Of a stretch of 64,000 nucleotides of DNA, positions 56,992-64,000 are shown piece after piece. Below the pieces are notes generated by a model that worked only from the letters and a program-made list of their open reading frames with translations, ran no database searches and was not told where the DNA came from. A program made the translations under genes and the position numbers. Position 1 is the stretch's first letter; each line of letters opens with the position of its first letter. The DNA comes from an uncultured Verrucomicrobiales bacterium (GTDB taxonomy: Bacteria > Verrucomicrobiota > Verrucomicrobiia > Verrucomicrobiales > CAZUPP01), in contig CAZUPP010000009.1 of NCBI GenBank assembly GCA_964622095.1, positions 63,932 through 127,931 on the forward strand, in the 5' to 3' direction.

Positions 56992-57423
56992 TCATGGCTC
57001 CACCGGACTGCCATCACCCGCCCGGTCCGTGTTGATGTACACATTTTCCAGATTGCGAAGAGACAGCTCATCGAAGACCGCGATGATTGAATCAAATGTA
57101 GCCGCTCGATCGACATCAAGGCGGATCCGGCGGGTTTTATCGACCTCCGTTATTTCGTCCAGTTTTTCTTGAATCGTCTCCAGCGAAGCGGGTTCGCCAT
57201 TCAAAAAATAGTTACCCTCAGGGTCGATCGATAGCAAAAGATAGTCTGCCGCCGCCGCGCTGGATGCACTGGCCTTGCTTTCCGGCAGCTCAATATCCAG
57301 TTCATTGGTCACTTCTTTCAGAGTCGTGGCGACAAGGAAGAAGATAAGGAGGAGAAAGACGCAGTCGATCAGAGGCGCCATCTGCACCTCCATCTCCTCG
57401 GTTTCTGGCAGGTCAACCTTCAT
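56992..57423 (-). CDS. exbD: biopolymer transport protein ExbD/TolR
   Basis: ATG 57423 is preferred (the track start at 57438 is a TTG). MAPLIDCVFLLLIFFLV is the family TM signature. Confidence 0.85.
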   Translation of the reverse strand: MKVDLPETEEMEVQMAPLIDCVFLLLIFFLVATTLKEVTNELDIELPESKASASSAAAADYLLLSIDPEGNYFLNGEPASLETIQEKLDEITEVDKTRRIRLDVDRAATFDSIIAVFDELSLRNLENVYINTDRAGDGSPVEP

Positions 57424-57441
57424 TTGTTCCCAAAACAATTC

Positions 57442-58251
57442 CTATTCTTCCGCGTATTCCGGATGCCGAAACCATCTGGAAATCAGTTCGTTTGTTTCTT
57501 CCTCCAGAAGTAAAGAGAGAGATTGAGTACGGCCTTTGAAGAAATGATAGATTGCCAGACAAGGCATGGCGATGGCCAGACCTGTCGCGGTGGTAATGAG
57601 CGCTTTGGAGATACTGTCTGCCAGAGTGGAAGCATCACCTAGAGCACCGAGTGACGCGACGCTTTCAAAGGCTTCGATCATGCCGATGACTGTTCCGAAT
57701 AATCCAAGCAACGGGCTGATCATCGCAACCACAGAAATAGGATAGGCTCGCTGCAAGTGACGGCGCATTTCCCGGCTGGCCACTTCACTGGCAAGTTCAG
57801 AGATCTCCGCGGGGGAATAATTCCGGTGCCTGACAATCGACGCGACAACTCTGCCTAAGGTGCTGCGTGAACTCTGTGCTTCTTCCTGAACGACGCCATA
57901 GTTACCGGCCATCCAGTCCCGGTTCAGCCGGTCAGATAATCCCGCCGGAACTATTCGCACACGCCGTAAATTCAGGGCTCGCTCAAGGGAAAAGGTTAAT
58001 CCTGCCAACGAAGCTACCGCGAGAAAAACCATGGTAATACCGCCTTGTCGGAGCCGTTGGAAAAAGCCTGGTTCTTCAGACCGTGCTGTAGGTGACGCCG
58101 ACGGACTCACGGTGGAACCATTGACTGCTTCTTCCGCCCGAAGTGACGGAGCAACTCCAGACGCGACCGTCACAAAAATGATGACCAATCCGCTGAAAAT
58201 AGCCGGAAACCGCATCAGCCTATTATTTGGAAGCCTCACGTTTAAAAACAT
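57442..58251 (-). CDS. exbB: MotA/TolQ/ExbB proton-channel family protein
   Basis: It has an N-terminal signal-like segment and a periplasmic region. The C-terminal LGLFGTVIGMIEAF...TTATGLAIAMP is the family signature. The alternative start ATG 58215 removes the 29-nt overlap with the upstream gene. Confidence 0.85.
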   Translation of the reverse strand: MFLNVRLPNNRLMRFPAIFSGLVIIFVTVASGVAPSLRAEEAVNGSTVSPSASPTARSEEPGFFQRLRQGGITMVFLAVASLAGLTFSLERALNLRRVRIVPAGLSDRLNRDWMAGNYGVVQEEAQSSRSTLGRVVASIVRHRNYSPAEISELASEVASREMRRHLQRAYPISVVAMISPLLGLFGTVIGMIEAFESVASLGALGDASTLADSISKALITTATGLAIAMPCLAIYHFFKGRTQSLSLLLEEETNELISRWFRHPEYAEE

Positions 58252-58714
58252 CCAGCTTCCAATAGACCACGGCGATCATACTCAAGATCATACCGAAAAA
58301 GTTACGTTTTACGGCGCTTTGAAAAAGAATCGCGCTGAAGAGCCCGCCCAGAATGAACTGGCTGCGCTTTTCATCATCTGTCGGCCGGTCCAACCAGCGC
58401 CGGGCTCCTTCCAGAATGTCACGAACGGTTTGCGGCACTTCTTCCCGGTGACGAGGGGCCGAGAAGAGCATGGGTGAAAGAAATACGCCGGTGATAGACA
58501 ATAATCCAATGAATCCGTCCCTCTTCCAGAAAGCCGCGAGCAGCGCGAAAAGAAAAAACATGCGGAAGCCCCACGTCGCCGGATTGTGCATGCGATTCCA
58601 CATTTCTGTAAAGAGAGGAATGCTCGCCGCAACCCTAGGTGGCGGAACAAAGACGGAACTGTCGGAATGGCTGTTGGAGATAGGCGCTTCGGCCTGCGGT
58701 TTTTCAGTGCTCAT
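58223..58714 (-). CDS. polytopic membrane protein of unknown function (163 aa)
   Basis: ATG start with 3-4 hydrophobic segments. The segment WNRMHNPATWGFRMFFLFALL is reminiscent of a DUF-type family that I cannot name with confidence. Confidence 0.55.
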   Translation of the reverse strand: MSTEKPQAEAPISNSHSDSSVFVPPPRVAASIPLFTEMWNRMHNPATWGFRMFFLFALLAAFWKRDGFIGLLSITGVFLSPMLFSAPRHREEVPQTVRDILEGARRWLDRPTDDEKRSQFILGGLFSAILFQSAVKRNFFGMILSMIAVVYWKLDVFKREASK

Positions 58715-58755
58715 GGGTGTTGCAGAGTGCAGGTGTTATTCTGATAAAAAATGCC

Positions 58756-59721
58756 TCATTCTTTGCTGACTTGCAAAATGCCTTTTGCAATAGAAACGTC
58801 CTTGATGATCTGTGCTTTTAGTTGCTCCACGCCAGCGAATTTCTGTTCGGGCCGGAGAAACTGAACAAAGGTAACTTCCACATCGGAGCCATATAAATCA
58901 TTGTGGAAGGAAAACAGGTGAACCTCCAGAAGCCGAGCAGGCTCCCCGGAGCCGTCTGCTTCACCTTCAAATGTTGGCCGAACTCCGAGATTGGCAACGC
59001 CCGGGTATGAACCATGTCCTTCCACAGTTGCGCTGATGGCATAGACTCCATTGGGTGGAAACTGCTCGGTTTTGGTCTCCAGATTGGCGGTTGGGAAACC
59101 GATTTCGTGCCCTCTCCCCGAGCCGTGTTCGACGCGTCCCAACACGGAGAAAGGCCGTCCCAATAGCCCCTCCGCCTCCTCCAGGTGGCCTCCGGAAATC
59201 AACCGGCGGATTCGCGTGCTGCTGACAATTTCTCCATCCGCCGCAACGGGTGCAATACCGTCGACTCGAAACCCGAGGTCTTTGCCGATGCTTTCCAGTA
59301 ATTCGACATTTCCCCGCGCCCCATGGCCAAAGGCCCAATCATTCCCTACGGAGATCCCACCCAACGGACGGCAAGAATCTGAGAGGTGCCGCACAAAACT
59401 TTCAGGTTCACTCTTAGAAAACTCCTGGTCGAAACGAATCAACAAGAGCCAGTCCAGACCCATGGCGTGAAGAATCTTTGCCTTGTGTTCGGTAGAGGTG
59501 AGAAGTGGCCGAACCTTGTCCGGTCGCAAGACCCGGTCCGGATGAGGATCAAAACTGACGACCACGGGTGTGCCACCGGTCTCCTGCGCATTCTTTTGGG
59601 CCTGACCAATTACTGCCCGGTGACCGATATGCACTCCATCAAATACGCCAATGGCGAGGTAGACCGGCCCCGGCACCTGCAAAAGCTCATGGATTGAGTG
59701 GAGAACGGTCATCTTCCTCAT
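58756..59721 (-). CDS. ribF: bifunctional riboflavin kinase / FMN adenylyltransferase
   Basis: LAIGVFDGVHIGHRAV, and the C-terminal kinase part GFPTANL...VANLGVRPTF...LEVHLF. Confidence 0.93.
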   Translation of the reverse strand: MRKMTVLHSIHELLQVPGPVYLAIGVFDGVHIGHRAVIGQAQKNAQETGGTPVVVSFDPHPDRVLRPDKVRPLLTSTEHKAKILHAMGLDWLLLIRFDQEFSKSEPESFVRHLSDSCRPLGGISVGNDWAFGHGARGNVELLESIGKDLGFRVDGIAPVAADGEIVSSTRIRRLISGGHLEEAEGLLGRPFSVLGRVEHGSGRGHEIGFPTANLETKTEQFPPNGVYAISATVEGHGSYPGVANLGVRPTFEGEADGSGEPARLLEVHLFSFHNDLYGSDVEVTFVQFLRPEQKFAGVEQLKAQIIKDVSIAKGILQVSKE

Positions 59722-60461
59722 ACTCCCCGCATTCTGGAGACCTCCGGAAGCGATAATACTTTTTCCGCAATGTCTTCACGGGAACCTTCCTTCAGCTCGG
59801 CCAGGGTGACAGCGTCATCGACATGGAATTTTCCCGACCGCGTCCGGCGTAAAGCACTGATGTGGGCTCCGCAGCCAAGCTCCTCACCGATATCATGGGC
59901 ATAAACTCTAACGTAGAACCCTTTGCTGCACCTGACGCGAAACTGCACTTCCGGAATCTCTATATTCAGAATTGCATAATTGTAGATATGGACGAGGCGC
60001 GGGTCACGCTGAACTTCTTTCCCCTGGCGGGCCAACTTGTAGAGCGGCACCCCTTCTTTCTTTACGGCGCTGACCATGGGAGGAGTTTGATAAATATCAC
60101 CCTGAAACTTCGCAAAAATGCCTTCAATCTGTTCATGGGAGATCTGGTCGACGGGGTGCTCCTCAATGATTTCTCCCTGGGCGTCATGGCTGTCTGTTTT
60201 TTGTCCAAGGGTCATGGCTCCGACATATTCTTTATCCTCGCTCATGAGCAGGTCGGATATCTTTGTGCCGCGCCCCAGAACCAGAACGAGTAATCCTGTA
60301 GCGATTGGGTCGAGCGTCCCGCAATGCCCAATCTTGCGCATGCCGAGGGTGCGCCGGGCAATATCGACGACATCATGGCTCGTCATACCGACGGCTTTAT
60401 CCACCAGCAATACGCCGTCGAGGTTATTTGCTGGATCACTCTGACGTCTTCTCGAGCTCAT
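59718..60461 (-). CDS. truB: tRNA pseudouridine(55) synthase
   Basis: GVLLVDKAVGMTSHDVV and GHCGTLDPIATGLL (catalytic Asp). Its stop overlaps the ribF start in an ATGA. Confidence 0.95.
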   Translation of the reverse strand: MSSRRRQSDPANNLDGVLLVDKAVGMTSHDVVDIARRTLGMRKIGHCGTLDPIATGLLVLVLGRGTKISDLLMSEDKEYVGAMTLGQKTDSHDAQGEIIEEHPVDQISHEQIEGIFAKFQGDIYQTPPMVSAVKKEGVPLYKLARQGKEVQRDPRLVHIYNYAILNIEIPEVQFRVRCSKGFYVRVYAHDIGEELGCGAHISALRRTRSGKFHVDDAVTLAELKEGSREDIAEKVLSLPEVSRMRGV

Positions 60462-61491
60462 TTTTTATCTTTTCTATCACTCGCTTCTTCGCCTCATCCA
60501 GCGGGCCGGGCAAACGCGCTCCTGCCGCGAGCATATGACCTCCACCTCCGAAACTTCCGGCAATCTCGCTGACATTGGCGACCTCCGCATCTTTGGAACG
60601 AAAGCTCACCCGGACTTTTCTCAGCCCGGCATCCATCATCTCCTCAAAGAAAACTGCGACCTCTACAGAATCAACGGAGCGAACATAGTTGATGAGGCCT
60701 TCGGTATCCTCGCGGCTCACTCCGAGGGTCTTCATTGTTTCCAGAGTCAAGAACATGCTCGCCACTCGGTCAGCGCAGAAAAACTCTCGGGTCTCAAGAA
60801 CGGCGGCCAGAAGATCAATGCGGCGTTTGGGGTAACTGAAATAAAGTTGCTGGCTGATCCTTCCAACATCAAGCCCTTCGGCGACCAACTGCGAAGCGGT
60901 GCGGAAGGTTTCAGCCGTAGTCGATCCATATTGAAATGATCCAGTATCGGTCGCAATTGCCACAAACAGATTCTCCGCGATCTGACGGTTCATCGGCATG
61001 TCATTCTCATAGATGAGCCGGGATACAATTTCTCCGGTTGCGGGACTATTTGCATCAACGTGGTTTACCGTGCCATAGCCACGGTTACTGATGTGATGAT
61101 CGATATTAATAAACAGATCAGAACCCGAGACGCGCCCGATGCCGTCTCCCAGTCTTTCCATATCTGCACAATCCAGAGCTACGACCACCTGGAAGCTTCT
61201 TTTCGCAGGATGCGCGGGAGGTTTCAGGCAAAGATGAGAGCCTGGAAGAAATTCGAGACTCTTCAGCAATCCGTCATGGTTCCAGATCGTTACTTTCTTT
61301 CCCAATTCAATGAGCGAAAGCCCGAGGGCAATCTGTGAACCATTAGCATCTCCGTCCGGGCGTTGATGACTAAGGATAAGGAACTCGTCGTGCTGCTTGA
61401 GTAAGCGCGAGATTTCCGGTAGCGAGGTATTCGTGACTTCGCCAGCCTGCGGGCCTGATGATTTCGCAATGGTAGCAGCGGGAACAGACAC
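60436..61491 (-). CDS. nrnA: DHH-family bifunctional oligoribonuclease / pAp phosphatase NrnA
   Basis: GTG start. HQRPDGDANGS, INIDHHISN (DHH) and GGGHMLAAG (DHHA1) are present. Confidence 0.85.
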   Translation of the reverse strand: MSVPAATIAKSSGPQAGEVTNTSLPEISRLLKQHDEFLILSHQRPDGDANGSQIALGLSLIELGKKVTIWNHDGLLKSLEFLPGSHLCLKPPAHPAKRSFQVVVALDCADMERLGDGIGRVSGSDLFINIDHHISNRGYGTVNHVDANSPATGEIVSRLIYENDMPMNRQIAENLFVAIATDTGSFQYGSTTAETFRTASQLVAEGLDVGRISQQLYFSYPKRRIDLLAAVLETREFFCADRVASMFLTLETMKTLGVSREDTEGLINYVRSVDSVEVAVFFEEMMDAGLRKVRVSFRSKDAEVANVSEIAGSFGGGGHMLAAGARLPGPLDEAKKRVIEKIKNELEKTSE

Positions 61492-61542
61492 AGGAGTTGA
61501 GGAGACTAAGAAAGAGACAGCGAGAGTTGGAAAAGAAATGCG

Positions 61543-62172
61543 CTATTGCTCGGAGTCCGAATCAGACTCAAAACGGAAGCCAAAGCGGGCACAAACTTGC
61601 TCGAGGACTTCCGGTTCCAATTCCATGTCGAGATTTGCCATCACACCGAGATCAACCAATTCCGACACCAGCCGAAAGGGCGTGACGCTGAGCGCAGCTG
61701 CCAGATCACGCACTTTGATAAACGCCGGCACGTTTAGCGCGGGTAAATCAGGGTGTTTTTGGTCGGCGGCGAGATCAAGCGGACCCTCATCATCCGCAAG
61801 CGTGGGCTCAAATTCCTGCAGTTCATCATCATCTTCGCTTACGGGCAAATCCTGCATTAATTGCACCACGCGCACACCGCGCTCAACTGATTCATCAAGG
61901 TGGAAATTGAGGTGTGGCGTATATTTCAAGACGACACGCTTGGATAAGGCGCTTTGAAGCATGACCCGATTCTCTTCCAACTTGGAAATGACATTGGGAG
62001 ACAGGTGATTGCTGGGCATGACGCCCAAATAAATATGCGCCTGACGAAGATCTGGCGTGATGCTGACCTCATGGATGGTCACCATACCTTCATCAAAAAC
62101 GAGGTTGCGATTTATGATGGCGCTGAGTTCCCGCATCACGGTATTCTCAACGCGTTGCATCCGGCGGCTCAT
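61543..62172 (-). CDS. rbfA: ribosome-binding factor A with an extra C-terminal IF2_N-like domain
   Basis: ATG 62172 gives MSRRMQRVENTVMRELSAIINR...ITPDLRQAHIY...LKYTPHLNFHLDES, the RbfA core of about 107 aa. An acidic linker follows, then a 52-aa segment aligning to the IF2_N domain of the adjacent infB. The track ORF start at 62262 lies inside infB. Confidence 0.85.
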   Translation of the reverse strand: MSRRMQRVENTVMRELSAIINRNLVFDEGMVTIHEVSITPDLRQAHIYLGVMPSNHLSPNVISKLEENRVMLQSALSKRVVLKYTPHLNFHLDESVERGVRVVQLMQDLPVSEDDDELQEFEPTLADDEGPLDLAADQKHPDLPALNVPAFIKVRDLAAALSVTPFRLVSELVDLGVMANLDMELEPEVLEQVCARFGFRFESDSDSEQ

Positions 62173-62225
62173 GGTTCTGGTGAATCCTCCTCCCTCTCCT
62201 GAATTAAATTGCCGCGCGGCGCGCC

Positions 62226-64000
62226 TTAGAGTGTTTGCTGGACGCTTTCCAAGCTGTAACACTCGATAACATCCCCCACTTCGTATTCGGTATAGTCACC
62301 CAGCTTGATGCCGCATTCCAGTCCCAGGCGGACCTCCTTCACATCATCCTTAAAACGGCGCAGAGTAGAAATGGGCCCATCATAAACGGACTGTTTCCCG
62401 CGCAAAACGCGGGCACGTGAGTTCCGGTCAATCTTACCTTCAATGACAAGGCAACCTGCTACGGTGCCGCGGGATAGTTTGAACACCTCTTTCACCTCGG
62501 CATGGCCCACAGGTTTTTCACGCTGCTCAGGCGATAGCAGGCCCAGCATGGCGTCCTTTACCTGGTCAATCAGCTCATAAATGATAGAGTAAAGCTTTAC
62601 CTGCACGCCTTCGGCCTTTGCCTTGGCGACCGCGTTGCTCTCCATCTTGACGTTGAATCCCACAATGACAGCGTCACTGGCGCTGGCGAGCAGGATATCG
62701 CTCTCTGAAACTGCGCCAGCCTGGGCGTGAATGATATCCAGGGTGACCTTCTCAGTCTTGATATCTTTCAACGAGGAAACGACCGCCTCCAGAGATCCCT
62801 GCACGTCCGCTTTGACGACCAGCTGCAGCGTCGGCCGGCCGTCCTGCGCATTGGCAAAGAGGTCTTCCAGGGTGGCCCGCCGCGGAGCCATGAGGTCTTC
62901 CGTGCGCTTCTCCTCCAGCCGTTCATCACTCAGCGTGCGGACAGCTTTCTCATTGTCCATCACCACAAACTGATCCCCCGCTTCTGGAAGACCGTTGAAA
63001 CCGAGCACCTTGGCAGGGTCAGATGGACCCGCTTCCTTGATTGTCTTTCCGCGATCATCAATGAGCGCCTTGACCTTGCCCCAATGCTTCCCGCAAATGA
63101 AGGGCATACCCACTTTCAGGTAGCCGTGCGTTACGACGATCGTCGCCGTTGGCCCTCGCCCAGGTTCGAATTGAGCCTCAATCACCACTCCACGCGGGTC
63201 TGCTTTGGCTGGGGTCTGCAACTCCAGAATCTCTGACTGGAGGAAAATCATTTCCAGTAGGGTATCGATCCCGTCCCCGGTGTGCGCGGAGACCGGCACG
63301 GTAATGGTTTCTCCCCCCCAATCCTCCGCCGCCAGACCGTGCTCCTGCAGTTGAGCTTTAACCTGATCCGGATTGGCCGTAGGCAGATCCATTTTGTTGA
63401 TTGCCACAATGATGGCAACGCCAGCCGCTTTAGCGTGGTTAATGGCTTCGACCGTTTGAGGCATGATGCCGTCATCCGCGGCGACCACCAGCACGACGAT
63501 GTCAGTCACGTTTGCTCCACGGGCGCGCATGGCGGTAAAGGCTTGGTGGCCCGGGGTATCCAAAAAGGTGACGTGTTTGTCGCCGTGTTGCACTTTGTAA
63601 GCTCCAATGTGCTGGGTGATCCCCCCTGCCTCTCCGGCCACGACTCGGGTTTTGCGGATGTAGTCCAGAATGGATGTCTTCCCGTGATCAACGTGTCCCA
63701 TGATCGTGACGATAGGTGGCCGCTCAAGCAGCTCCTCCTCTTCGTGGATCTCCGGCTGGACCGGCTCCTCAACTTTTTCCTCCTCCTTGTGAACTCCCGC
63801 CCCTTTCTCACGGCGCTCTACGTGGAAGGTAAATCCGAACTTCTGACAGATTTTTTCAGCGAGATCGGGTTCCACCCGTTGGTTGATATTGGCGAAAATC
63901 CCCTGCTCCATCAGCTCTTTGATAATCTCAAAGGGCTTGCGGCCGATCGCTTCAGACAGATCCTTTACAATGATCGGCGGCTTCAGGTTGATCAGCTTCT
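62226..64000 (-). CDS. infB: translation initiation factor IF-2, C-terminal about 590 codons (5' end outside the window)
   Basis: The reading frame stays open upstream of the track's Met ([33 protein letters not shown]...). G-domain motifs are [14 protein letters not shown] and NKMD. Confidence 0.95.
   Translation of the reverse strand, partial: KLINLKPPIIVKDLSEAIGRKPFEIIKELMEQGIFANINQRVEPDLAEKICQKFGFTFHVERREKGAGVHKEEEKVEEPVQPEIHEEEELLERPPIVTIMGHVDHGKTSILDYIRKTRVVAGEAGGITQHIGAYKVQHGDKHVTFLDTPGHQAFTAMRARGANVTDIVVLVVAADDGIMPQTVEAINHAKAAGVAIIVAINKMDLPTANPDQVKAQLQEHGLAAEDWGGETITVPVSAHTGDGIDTLLEMIFLQSEILELQTPAKADPRGVVIEAQFEPGRGPTATIVVTHGYLKVGMPFICGKHWGKVKALIDDRGKTIKEAGPSDPAKVLGFNGLPEAGDQFVVMDNEKAVRTLSDERLEEKRTEDLMAPRRATLEDLFANAQDGRPTLQLVVKADVQGSLEAVVSSLKDIKTEKVTLDIIHAQAGAVSESDILLASASDAVIVGFNVKMESNAVAKAKAEGVQVKLYSIIYELIDQVKDAMLGLLSPEQREKPVGHAEVKEVFKLSRGTVAGCLVIEGKIDRNSRARVLRGKQSVYDGPISTLRRFKDDVKEVRLGLECGIKLGDYTEYEVGDVIECYSLESVQQTL

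Noticed and set aside
33919-58251. The idea that the SNF2 helicase and the MotA/ExbB-ExbD pair represent a Zorya-like defence system.
   Set aside because: The genes are about 20 kb apart and embedded in unrelated housekeeping operons. No ZorC-like gene or nuclease domain was seen.
1-64000. A search by eye for tRNA or rRNA genes (T-arm GGTTCGAAT-type strings), CRISPR-like spaced repeats, transposase or integrase genes and long inverted repeats.
   Set aside because: None were found. The only GGTTCGAAT-like strings lie inside coding regions (for example in infB), and no intergenic region is long or repetitive enough. A proper tRNAscan, Infernal or CRISPR scan would still be needed to confirm this.

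Overview
Moderately GC-rich, densely coding chromosomal segment (GC not computed) with about 62 protein-coding genes. I recognised no tRNA, rRNA, CRISPR array, transposase or integrase. The gene content suggests a marine polysaccharide-degrading member of the Verrucomicrobiota/PVC group: Cys-type sulfatases beside GH2, clan GH-A and beta-propeller glycoside hydrolases, GYF_2 and glycine-zipper lipoproteins, sigma-54, and mostly Shine-Dalgarno-poor starts. That placement is inference only. Layout, left to right: (1) 0-9 kb: NYN-domain gene (cut by the window edge), CrtC/AttH-like protein, thioesterase, a GT4-GT2 glycosyltransferase pair followed by a Uma2 endonuclease, an aldo-keto reductase and small envelope proteins. 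(2) 9-17 kb: rfbA preceded by a 640-aa orphan membrane protein, then a sulfatase plus a frameshifted beta-propeller GH, two hypothetical proteins and a methyltransferase. (3) 17-23 kb: nth and an HDAC-family gene, then a block of hypothetical envelope proteins, a visibly GC-richer two-gene islet with an excisionase-type HTH, and a duplicated palindromic operator-like motif. (4) 23-32 kb: housekeeping genes (redoxin, lpdA, guaB, HAD, rex, class-V aminotransferase) interleaved with a secreted GH and orphans. (5) 32-40 kb: split lycopene-cyclase pair, GYF protein, SWIM-SNF2 helicase and secA, all on the minus strand and tightly packed. (6) 40-47 kb: a second sulfatase-GH2 locus. (7) 47-64 kb: rpoN, a beta-CASP MBL nuclease, two paralogous lipoproteins, tyrA-aroA-cmk-plsC-aminopeptidase, and the infB-rbfA-nrnA-truB-ribF operon running on into a membrane protein plus exbB-exbD. 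I found no recognisable named defence or mobile system. The leads I rate highest are: (a) an RbfA carrying a C-terminal IF2_N-like domain paralogous to the one in the adjacent infB; (b) two copies of a 22-bp palindrome, with LacI-type symmetry about a central CG, upstream of a membrane/secreted gene pair and next to the GC-rich HTH islet; (c) two adjacent lipoproteins sharing a roughly 38-aa C-terminal SPYS...DPYTKKxFxVP module; (d) secA overlapping by one nucleotide the start of a SWIM-SNF2 helicase; (e) several large orphan proteins. All functional calls come from motif recognition by eye; no database search was run.
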